Shown here: positions 1 to 7,790 of the stretch, piece after piece
How the letters are laid out: every line of letters begins with the position of its first letter
Numbering within the stretch: the first letter of the stretch is position 1
DNA from: an uncultured archaeon
GTDB lineage: Archaea; Aenigmatarchaeota; Aenigmatarchaeia; CG10238-14; SCSR01
Length of the DNA stretch: 34,215 nt
Direction: 5' to 3'
Assembly (NCBI GenBank): GCA_964514495.1
Contig: CAZERL010000002.1
Coordinates: 1-34,215, forward strand
Notes under the pieces: model-generated
Told to the model about the DNA's origin: nothing
Databases searched by the model: none
What the model saw: only the letters and a program-made list of their open reading frames with translations
Position numbers and translations under genes: made by a program

Positions 1-48
1 CCACCAACCTCCCACATTCAAAAACACCCAACAAAACCGGGTTAACGG

Positions 49-55
49 TTTATAC
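49..55 (+). promoter_or_regulatory. TATA-like box upstream of the DP1-like gene
   Basis: TTTATAC lies about 25 nt upstream of the ATG at 77. A similar TATA-to-ATG spacing recurs before several genes here, consistent with archaeal leaderless or short-leader transcripts. Confidence 0.35.
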
Positions 56-76
56 TTTGAAGAAATAATACTGCAT

Positions 77-1255
77 ATGAATTTTATAGATAAAAAACAA
101 ATCCTAACCTCATTTCTCGCAGAAGGCTACCAGCTAGACGAGTCGGCACTGGACTTTTTAACCTCCCACACAGATCAGATTGTGGATGTCTTAGAAGGCC
201 TACAAAAACTACTTAAGAAACCAGCCATTTTAACCGATAAACATATTAAAACACTTCTAAACCCCCAAACCCCGATAACACTAAAAACACCCCAGCACGT
301 CTCAAAACCCCTCACACCAAACACAATACTCAGTCTCCTAAGCAACCGCTATAATTTTTTGAAAAGCGTCCTGCAGAACAGACTTGAATTAACAAACCTG
401 ACATCAATAAATAAAATAGGCGGCTCTAAACAATTCTCATTGATAGCGCTACTCCGGGAGGTTGATTATGTTGATAAAAACATAATCGCAGAAGACAAGA
501 CCGGTTCCATAAAACTATTTTTCGATGACCAAAGCACAGCACAACATCTTGTCTCAGAAGAAACGGTCGGACTCTTATGTATGCAGGAAGAGGGCCGAAT
601 TAAAATACAGAGAGTCGTCCACCCAGACATTCCCATTAAGAGGGAGATAATACGATCAAAAACAAAGACAACGTGTGTATTCTTTCCCGCACAAACTTTA
701 AACGAATTGAGAACCCACCCAAAGCATTATGCAAAATATGAAATGTGGTGTAAAGACAACAATTCCGACAATACGGTTGTTTTTGTCTTGGGAGGTATAC
801 CAAATCCCGACGTTTTAGGCACACTACCGAAACAAAGTACAAAGATAGTGCTTGTTAATGAAACGCCCCAAGGAAGCGATGATGATTCTGAACTGATAAT
901 TATGGTAGAGCCGGCATTGGTGAAAATCGGCGGTGTGACACTATTTTTATCAACAGGCGATTTTCTCAAAGATTATATAACTGCCATGAAAACAAACGCA
1001 GAAGAGGCACTGGTCAATTTACTTAAGAAACGGCACTTGAACCCAACATTTAATATACAGCAACCAATCTATTCAAACGACCCCTATCTGCTGGATATCA
1101 TACCGGATGTGATTGTTGTCGGTTCATCAGGAACACCGCAAGCCATAAACTACAAAGGGGTAACTATAGTTACAACCGGCAGCCCCGCCTCACAACCCAT
1201 AGTTTGGAGTACCGACCTCCAGACACGAGAAACTATTAAAATTGACTTTACATAA
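77..1255 (+). CDS. DNA polymerase B-subunit / PolD small subunit (DP1)-like protein with degenerate phosphoesterase motifs
   Basis: 392-aa ORF with an N-terminal helical segment, a Pro/Thr-rich linker and an OB-fold-like block (SLIALLREVDYVDKNIIAEDKTGSIKLFFDD...RIKIQRVVHPDIP) that resembles the DP1 OB domain ending in PDxP. C-terminal LLKKRHLNPTF and PDVIVVGSSG resemble DP1 LLxxRHLAP and PDxxxxGHxH, but the His ligands are replaced. The expected DxH, GDxxDG and GNHD positions read VFFPAQT, LGGIPNP and VNETP. The stop codon is 6 nt before the polB start. Confidence 0.65.
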   Translation: MNFIDKKQILTSFLAEGYQLDESALDFLTSHTDQIVDVLEGLQKLLKKPAILTDKHIKTLLNPQTPITLKTPQHVSKPLTPNTILSLLSNRYNFLKSVLQNRLELTNLTSINKIGGSKQFSLIALLREVDYVDKNIIAEDKTGSIKLFFDDQSTAQHLVSEETVGLLCMQEEGRIKIQRVVHPDIPIKREIIRSKTKTTCVFFPAQTLNELRTHPKHYAKYEMWCKDNNSDNTVVFVLGGIPNPDVLGTLPKQSTKIVLVNETPQGSDDDSELIIMVEPALVKIGGVTLFLSTGDFLKDYITAMKTNAEEALVNLLKKRHLNPTFNIQQPIYSNDPYLLDIIPDVIVVGSSGTPQAINYKGVTIVTTGSPASQPIVWSTDLQTRETIKIDFT

Positions 1256-1261
1256 GGTAAT

Positions 1262-3949
1262 GTGATGAAGGCAAACTTCCAGTTGATTGATTGTGATTAT
1301 GTTGTAGTGGACAACACACCGATAGTTAGGGTTTTCGGTAAAACCGAAGCGGGCAAAAGCATATGCACCTTCTATGAGGGCTACAACCCATATTTCTATA
1401 TTGTTCCAAAAGACAAAGACAGCATAACAAAACATTTGAATAAAGAATTCAAGCAGCTGGTCACTGACATTGCCGAAACAGAACGACTTCTCCCAATAGG
1501 ATTTACAACAAATAAAACCAAACTACTAAAGATTACAGCAACCGACCCGTCCCAAGTGCCTTTGATTAGAGACAGTTTGCTAACCCACGGGCTAGTTAAC
1601 AATGTATACGAAGCCGACATACTTTTCAAAAACAGATTCATGGCGGATATGGGATTAAACGGTATGGACTGGTATGAGGTCACAGGAGATAGCATTGGCA
1701 CGAACACCGTAAAAACAGAAGTTTTAATCAAGGCCAAAGAATTTAAAAAAATCCACGCGAAAAAGAACATGGAATTTCAATATATGTGCATTGACATCGA
1801 GATAGGTATGGCAGTTGAAGGCATACCAAACGCAACAAAAGACCCCATATCAATGATAAGCTTGTCATTTTATCCAGAGTTCCGCGATAAAAAATCACTC
1901 GTGCTTGTATCAAAGCATGTAGAAAAAACTGGTGACGTCCTGTCATTCAAGGACGAAAAAAACATGCTAGAAGGATTCCTCAAAGTTTTGGATTCTTTCG
2001 ACCCGGATTTCATAACAGGGTATAACATAAACGGGTTTGACATGCCGTATATCCTAACTAGACTGAGCGAAAATAAATTACCAAGAGCTTTGGGCAGAGA
2101 TAAAAATAAACAGAGCATATCAAGAAAATTCGGAATAAAATCTCGGACATCCGTGGTTGGCAGGGTTGTGGTAGATGTATACGAGCTTGTTAAGGAGTCA
2201 ATAGGCAAAGGCATTCTACGATTAAAGCGATATGGTTTAGGCGATGTATCTAGAGAGCTACTTGGTATGGATAAGGTTGACATTTCTCACGGTGAAATTT
2301 CCAAACACTGGAATGGTACAAAGGAACAACTGGAAAAACTGATTAATTATGCGCGTGTCGATTCGGTTCTAGCACTAAAATTGTTGCTGGATAAAAACAT
2401 GGTTGACAAATTCATAGAATTATCCAAAGTATCGGGACTATTGCTTCAGGATGCACTGGATGGGGGAGAGGGCACTCGGGTGGAAAACATTTTGTTGCGT
2501 GAATTTAACAGGGAAGGATATGTCCTTCCAACCAAACCATCTACAAGCGAGATACTTAAACGCCGGCTGCAAAAAGAATCCAAGGGGCTCAAAGGAGCGT
2601 TGGTGCTAGACCCCAAAATAGGTCTCCAGACCAACTGTGTGGTATATCTAGATTTCAAAAGCATGTACCCCTCAATTTTCATCAGCTATAACATATGCCC
2701 GACAACATTGTGCATAGCAGATGTGGATGCTGAGACTGTAGAAACGCCGGATCACACGAAATTCGTTTCGACTAATGTAAGGGCGGGAATCATCCCCAGA
2801 ATAGTTAGGAAACTTATACAGGAAAGGGATGTTGTCAGGAGCCAAATGAAAGCCGAAAGCAACATAGCAATAAAAAGGATTTTAGATGCGAAGCAGCTAG
2901 CATTAAAATATGTAACAAACTCATTCTATGGCTATACTGGTTATGTCCTAGCCCGAGTTTACCTGCTGGAAATTGCGAATGCTATCACAAGTTGCGGTAG
3001 GTATCTGATACAAGTGACTAAAAACACGGCGGAAATGGGCAACGAGTATACTGTAATTTACGGCGATACAGATTCTATCATGGTTGATACAAAAGTTTCT
3101 GATACAGATAAGGCAATGGAAATCGGTAAAAAAATCGAGATTGAAATAAACAACAGACTGAAAGGTATTGTTGAAGTAAAGATTGAAAATATTTTCAAGT
3201 CTCTACTGATCCTCGCAAAGAAAAGGTACGCCGGTATATCAATCGAGCAGAGTAATGGAGAAGTCAAAGAATCAATTGTCATGAAAGGTATTGAAACTGT
3301 TAGGAGGGATTGGTGCGATCTTACCAGTGAAACTTTGTTCAGTGCTTTGGAAATAATCTTGAAAGAACAAAGCCCTAAGAAAGCTGTGGAGTATGTCAAA
3401 GGAATTTTGAGCAAGCTTGAAAGAAACGAGATTCCTATAGAAAAATTGGTTATAACCAAAAGCATTTCAAAGCCGCTCAGGGATTACAAAGGAGTGCAAC
3501 CTCATATCGAAGTTGTAAAAAAAATTAGAAAAAGGAACCCAACAGAAGCACCCGGCATAGGAGATAGAGTTGGGTTCGTGATAATACATGGGCCGCAGTT
3601 AATGTCCGAAAGGGCAGAAGATCCTAATTATGTGGAGCAACATGGGTTAAAGATAGATTCCAAATACTACATAGAAAGCCAAATCCTACCTCCACTCGAA
3701 CGAGTTTTTGATGCTATAGGCATCACTAAAAGTGAAGTTATCGGCATAGGAAAACAACTCATGCTATTTGACGCCTTTAAAAATAAAAACCCCAAACCAG
3801 TATCGGCTACACTACCATCTGCAGAAGGTTTTATTTGCAAAGACTGCAACCAAAGCTACAGGCGCATACCACTTATAGGAAAATGCGATTCATGTAACGG
3901 GGAAATACTATTTTACTATGCGGGTCAGAAGGGGACTTCTTTAGGATAA
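1262..3949 (+). CDS. polB: Family-B DNA polymerase (archaeal PolB) with C-terminal Cys4 extension
   Basis: Exo I FQYMCIDIE, Exo II YNINGFDMPY and Exo III YARVDSVLA are present. So are motif A LDFKSMYPSI, motif B KYVTNSFYGYTGY and motif C VIYGDTDS. All are contiguous, so there is no intein. The start is GTG 1262 or ATG 1265. There is a PIP-like QLMLFDAF at aa 832-839, then about 56 more residues including CKDC-x12-CDSC. Confidence 0.95.
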   Translation: MMKANFQLIDCDYVVVDNTPIVRVFGKTEAGKSICTFYEGYNPYFYIVPKDKDSITKHLNKEFKQLVTDIAETERLLPIGFTTNKTKLLKITATDPSQVPLIRDSLLTHGLVNNVYEADILFKNRFMADMGLNGMDWYEVTGDSIGTNTVKTEVLIKAKEFKKIHAKKNMEFQYMCIDIEIGMAVEGIPNATKDPISMISLSFYPEFRDKKSLVLVSKHVEKTGDVLSFKDEKNMLEGFLKVLDSFDPDFITGYNINGFDMPYILTRLSENKLPRALGRDKNKQSISRKFGIKSRTSVVGRVVVDVYELVKESIGKGILRLKRYGLGDVSRELLGMDKVDISHGEISKHWNGTKEQLEKLINYARVDSVLALKLLLDKNMVDKFIELSKVSGLLLQDALDGGEGTRVENILLREFNREGYVLPTKPSTSEILKRRLQKESKGLKGALVLDPKIGLQTNCVVYLDFKSMYPSIFISYNICPTTLCIADVDAETVETPDHTKFVSTNVRAGIIPRIVRKLIQERDVVRSQMKAESNIAIKRILDAKQLALKYVTNSFYGYTGYVLARVYLLEIANAITSCGRYLIQVTKNTAEMGNEYTVIYGDTDSIMVDTKVSDTDKAMEIGKKIEIEINNRLKGIVEVKIENIFKSLLILAKKRYAGISIEQSNGEVKESIVMKGIETVRRDWCDLTSETLFSALEIILKEQSPKKAVEYVKGILSKLERNEIPIEKLVITKSISKPLRDYKGVQPHIEVVKKIRKRNPTEAPGIGDRVGFVIIHGPQLMSERAEDPNYVEQHGLKIDSKYYIESQILPPLERVFDAIGITKSEVIGIGKQLMLFDAFKNKNPKPVSATLPSAEGFICKDCNQSYRRIPLIGKCDSCNGEILFYYAGQKGTSLG

Positions 3950-5605
3950 TTGTTTGACTTTTTCTAAAATCGAAGTATAAGCAGGCCTAGTTATTGAAAT
4001 TGCTATCAAAACCCCGATTATCGTAGTTATAGCGAAACCCTTTAGTGCGCCAACACCGGCAATCACCAGAGGTAGCATTGCAGCTATGACTATGGAAGCC
4101 GAGTTAAAAATAATCGCCATCGCCGCCTTATGACGCTGTCTGACAGTGGTTTCCTTTTCCTGCAACATTTGATCTGTTATGATAATCAATTGGTTAACAC
4201 CAGTCCCTATGATTGCAATTAACCCAGCTATTGCAGGCACATCCAATACCCATCCAGCGCCTTTAGTTGCTGACTGAGTAAAGGCGGCAAACCCCAGAAT
4301 TAATAAAATTTCGCTAAAGCTGATTATCAGCATCGGCACAACAATTTTAAAGTCACGGTACCTGAACAAAATCACAATGCTTACTATAATCGCCGCAGCT
4401 ATAACAACATATATTGTAGAACTTAACAAAGCCCTTCCAGCGGTTTGCGTCACTACGTCAGTCTTGATAATTTCCAATTCTACTGGCAGACTTCCTGATT
4501 TCAGGACAGACTGCAACTGCAGGCGCTCATTCAGAGCAGCCTCACGTGTTTCTCTGAATCCCTGAAGTGTAGGTTTTGTTAAAGATTGCCCAGCCAAACT
4601 GGCCACGATGTTAAGTGATGTCACCTGATCCTCATCCAAAAATAAAACAAGCACGGGGTCCAAGTACCTTTCACTCCCACCAAGTCTTATCGGCTGATTC
4701 CTAGTTAACTTTGCAAATCTCTCAGCACTTTCTTGGCTTGTTTGTATAGCAAAAGAGAACTCATACCCATTTCCCACAGGCGCAAGATAGCTATTTTGCG
4801 GATCGGTAAAAACAGCCACGATGTCTTTCCCAGTGAAAACAGTACTCAAGATTCCAATCGTTTCATTCGTCACGTTTTTTATCTCTACAGTTATACCATC
4901 CTTAGTAAAGAGTTCCCCGAACTTATGTTGCTCGTTATCGAAAATTACTCCATCTTTAGATAATCCAATAGAGATTGATTTGCCTGCGAACGTTAAACTT
5001 CCCACAGCGTCTTTTAATTTAACAGTCTGTTCCAATTTACCTTCAAATTTACCTTGACGCGATAAGAAATTGACTATTTCTTCACTTGTCGCTCCCCCCA
5101 TCTCAATTTGAATTAGATTCTCGCCTATGGTGTATATTCTCAAGTCACGTAAGCCGTACAAGTTTATTCTGGTAGTTAGTACAGAAATCGTATCGTCTAT
5201 CAGACTTTTCGTAATAGTTCTTTTCGGTTTTAACAGTACTCTGGAACCCCCCTGTATGTCTATACCAAACACTAAATTCTCTTTTTTAACACCAGCTACT
5301 GTAAATCCTATGTTTCCGTCTTCCAATGCTACGCAATTAGCTGGCAATCCATCAGCTATTAAAGAAACAAATTCATCCCCCTTTATGTTAAGTACAGACT
5401 TATGGAAGTCGTCTAAATTTTTGATTTGTGTTGCCGACACCTGCGTGATTGCAAAATCTAATCTTATATTGTTGCATTTTGCGTTGCTAGCTATTTTAGC
5501 GACAACTACACCAACCCTGCCGGATAGCAACGGCGATATGATAAAATATAATGAAACCCCAAGCAATACCGCTAGAACCAATAAACGAACATCCTTTAAT
5601 ATCAT
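3941..5605 (-). CDS. secD: Protein-export membrane protein SecD
   Basis: 554 aa with an N-terminal TM helix, a large extracytoplasmic domain and a C-terminal multi-TM block containing GLIAIIGTGVNQLIIITDQ (SecD/F-type motif). The start overlaps the secF stop by 4 nt. The 3' end overlaps the polB 3' end by 9 nt. Confidence 0.8.
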   Translation of the reverse strand: MILKDVRLLVLAVLLGVSLYFIISPLLSGRVGVVVAKIASNAKCNNIRLDFAITQVSATQIKNLDDFHKSVLNIKGDEFVSLIADGLPANCVALEDGNIGFTVAGVKKENLVFGIDIQGGSRVLLKPKRTITKSLIDDTISVLTTRINLYGLRDLRIYTIGENLIQIEMGGATSEEIVNFLSRQGKFEGKLEQTVKLKDAVGSLTFAGKSISIGLSKDGVIFDNEQHKFGELFTKDGITVEIKNVTNETIGILSTVFTGKDIVAVFTDPQNSYLAPVGNGYEFSFAIQTSQESAERFAKLTRNQPIRLGGSERYLDPVLVLFLDEDQVTSLNIVASLAGQSLTKPTLQGFRETREAALNERLQLQSVLKSGSLPVELEIIKTDVVTQTAGRALLSSTIYVVIAAAIIVSIVILFRYRDFKIVVPMLIISFSEILLILGFAAFTQSATKGAGWVLDVPAIAGLIAIIGTGVNQLIIITDQMLQEKETTVRQRHKAAMAIIFNSASIVIAAMLPLVIAGVGALKGFAITTIIGVLIAISITRPAYTSILEKVKQLS

Positions 5606-6447
5606 GTGTGGTGCCTTCTTCTAACCCACCATTCCAATAAAGAAGAATTTAGGATCCAAGTATACGGTAAATCAAAAATAAAACCTATGACAAGTATCTG
5701 CGACACATTAACCAGCAATTTAGACGGCGATAATAATAGAACAATTAACATCGTCAATGTTATGGTCGATATCAATGTCAATCCGGTTGATAAAGCTCTT
5801 CTGTATTGTTTTCTGAAATTTTCCGGAGTCGTCTTCAAAACTTGGTTCGTCAAAACGATATTTGTGTCTACAGTGTATGCAATCAGCATTAGCAAGGCAG
5901 CAAATCCCGCAAAACTTATTTTAATCCCCAATAGACTGGTTATCGCTAAAGCGGTCAAGATATTTGCCAAGCTCGCAAAAACAATACCAAAACTAGTTAT
6001 CAGGTTTCTATAGATTATAAAAATTACAATGCTCATAAGGACAAATCCAATAGAAAGAATGGATACAACTTGTTCGAAAAATAAATTTCCTAGAAATGAA
6101 CCAATGCTTTCGGACGAAAACGAATTTACAGCAACGCCTAGGTTCTTCAGGTCGCTTATCACGCCATTTACACCAACATCCTTATCAACCTGTATTTCAA
6201 TTCCATACCCTCTGATACTTTGCACGTTTGATACAAACGCCGAACCATATTTTGCAGCCAGCGCTTGTTCTATTTTAGAAGTATCAAAGGGTGCTGGTGT
6301 CGCGATGTTGATTAATGTCCCCCCTTTCAGGTCGATATCACGTAAGATGAAATCGCCGGTTCTGATAAAATTCGATAACAAAATCGCTAACGATAGTAGG
6401 AAGATCAATATAGGTAACAAAACCAACTTTGGAAAGCGCCCAGACAT
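5602..6447 (-). CDS. secF: Protein-export membrane protein SecF
   Basis: 281 aa with an N-terminal TM, a small extracytoplasmic domain and a multi-TM C-terminus containing LLMLIAYTVDTNIVLTNQV (SecF-type motif). It is translationally coupled to secD. Confidence 0.8.
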   Translation of the reverse strand: MSGRFPKLVLLPILIFLLSLAILLSNFIRTGDFILRDIDLKGGTLINIATPAPFDTSKIEQALAAKYGSAFVSNVQSIRGYGIEIQVDKDVGVNGVISDLKNLGVAVNSFSSESIGSFLGNLFFEQVVSILSIGFVLMSIVIFIIYRNLITSFGIVFASLANILTALAITSLLGIKISFAGFAALLMLIAYTVDTNIVLTNQVLKTTPENFRKQYRRALSTGLTLISTITLTMLIVLLLSPSKLLVNVSQILVIGFIFDLPYTWILNSSLLEWWVRRRHHT

Positions 6448-6463
6448 AAGAACTTTCTATAAT

Positions 6464-6853
6464 CTAGATTTTTAATACTATAAAATAAGCGCCTGCCACA
6501 ATCAGCAATATACCCATCATTTTTACCAGTGTCAAACTTTCGTTGAAAAATATCTTAGCCAATATTGCTGTAAAAACATAACCTAGTGAAATCAATGGAT
6601 ATGCGAAACTTAACTCCTCTCTTGACAACACCACCAACCAAAGTCCAGAAGCTATGAAATATAGCATAAGCCCAAAAATTACAAATTTTTCTGTTATAAC
6701 CGAAAATATCCGAGAAGTTAATAAATCATTTACGCTTAGCGTTCCGATATTTGTCATCCCGCGTTTCAGGGAGAGCTGGGCAAATACTGCTAGTACAACA
6801 CTAGCTAAAATCAACACTAGTACAGACATTTTACCAATCCTTAGGTTAGCCAT
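6464..6853 (-). CDS. Small 4-TM EamA/SMR-like membrane protein, candidate lipid-linked-sugar flippase subunit (ArnE/ArnF-like)
   Basis: 129 aa with four hydrophobic helices. Size and topology resemble single-EamA-domain ArnE/ArnF-type proteins. It sits between the RHH-nucleotidyltransferase gene and secF on the same strand. Confidence 0.5.
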   Translation of the reverse strand: MANLRIGKMSVLVLILASVVLAVFAQLSLKRGMTNIGTLSVNDLLTSRIFSVITEKFVIFGLMLYFIASGLWLVVLSREELSFAYPLISLGYVFTAILAKIFFNESLTLVKMMGILLIVAGAYFIVLKI

Positions 6854-6877
6854 AGATAGTTATTTACTAACCTCAAT

Positions 6878-7708
6878 TTATAACTTTAAAATATCGTTAA
6901 TCCTTTTAATATCGTTTGCGGTATGTACATTAACCCACTTGCCAGCTATAGGGTAACCAACTAATTTACCATCTCTTGCCAATTTCGGGAATATATGTTC
7001 CTGCAGACTCCAATACACTTCGCCTGGAGGAATATAATTTAGAATCTCACCGCTCATGAATCCTATAAATACTGAAATCAAATGTGTTTTAGGCTTTTTC
7101 GGGAATTCATCATACTCAATTACTTTGTAACCCTTTAGAACTACGACGCTTGTATTCCATTCGAAACTTGTTCTTGCGTGAATTCCAAGTGTTGCAATAC
7201 CTCCATTCATCTGATGGAAATCATATAATTCCTTTATATCAAAATCGAACCAGTGATCACATGGAAGGAAAAGAAAATCTCCCTTCAAATATTGTCTCGC
7301 CAACTCCAATGTCTTTGCGGTTCCTAATTCTTTCGTTTCTTGTATGTAATTAATTGAGACGCCAAGTTTCTCGCCATTACCAATGACTTCGTAAAGTTTT
7401 GCAATCAAAGACGGGAATCCAACAATAATAATATTTGTAAAACCAACCTCCCGCGCCTTCGAAATAATATCTTCAATTAAAGTTTTTTTGCCGATGGAAA
7501 CTAAAGGTCTATAGGTTCCAAGTTCCTTAACATAAAGCTTTGAAGGATCACCACCAGCAAGAATCACGGCAGTCCTTTTCTCAACGAGTTGTTGTGACAA
7601 TAGTTTTTCTATCGCATCGGTCCTTGACCTGATTTTAATGCCATCAACTAACGAATCCACCTTTCGTAATATTTTTTCATCCAAGCTTAGCGATACACGT
7701 TTTTTCAT
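6878..7708 (-). CDS. Ribbon-helix-helix (CopG-like) domain fused to a sugar-phosphate nucleotidyltransferase-like domain
   Basis: The N-terminus KKRVSLSLDEKILRKVDSLVDGIKIRSRTDAIEKLL fits an RHH beta-strand plus two helices. The rest matches the NTP_transferase fold (AVILAGG..., ELGTAKTLELA, FLFLPCDH, GKWVNVHTANDI). The G-loop reads GGDPSKL instead of the canonical GGxGTRL. Confidence 0.6.
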   Translation of the reverse strand: MKKRVSLSLDEKILRKVDSLVDGIKIRSRTDAIEKLLSQQLVEKRTAVILAGGDPSKLYVKELGTYRPLVSIGKKTLIEDIISKAREVGFTNIIIVGFPSLIAKLYEVIGNGEKLGVSINYIQETKELGTAKTLELARQYLKGDFLFLPCDHWFDFDIKELYDFHQMNGGIATLGIHARTSFEWNTSVVVLKGYKVIEYDEFPKKPKTHLISVFIGFMSGEILNYIPPGEVYWSLQEHIFPKLARDGKLVGYPIAGKWVNVHTANDIKRINDILKL

Positions 7709-7713
7709 AACTG

Positions 7714-7742
7714 TAATACTTGAGTATTAAATATTAATACTT
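7714..7742. promoter_or_regulatory. Palindrome plus direct repeat in a divergent promoter region (candidate operator)
   Basis: TAATACT-TG-AGTATTA is a perfect 7-2-7 inverted repeat at 7714-7729. The half-site TAATACTT recurs at 7735-7742, 21 nt after its first copy. It lies 6 nt upstream of the RHH-fusion start codon and about 50 nt upstream of ugd. Confidence 0.35.
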
Positions 7743-7790
7743 TAGTTATTCTTTTAAACATAGAATTTTTATTATATTCAAGGTAATTCC

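Noticed and set aside
1-40. G-free, C/A-rich stretch of about 38 nt at the window edge. The C/A richness continues in the Pro/Thr-linker codons at about 255-350.
   Set aside because: It is truncated by the window edge, so it cannot be interpreted. It does not form a canonical G-quadruplex on the opposite strand, and the downstream part is explained by amino-acid composition.
1262-3949. Possibility of an intein or split in polB
   Set aside because: At 895 aa the protein is of ordinary size for a non-intein archaeal PolB. The Exo I-III and Pol A-C motifs are contiguous with normal spacing.
5127-5624. 165-aa ORF on the + strand, plus similar long ORFs at 5606-6013 and 6029-6475
   Set aside because: They lie entirely antisense to the well-supported secD and secF genes. 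Their sequences are low-complexity and Ser/Thr/Phe/Asn-rich with no motifs. These are typical shadow ORFs in AT-rich DNA.
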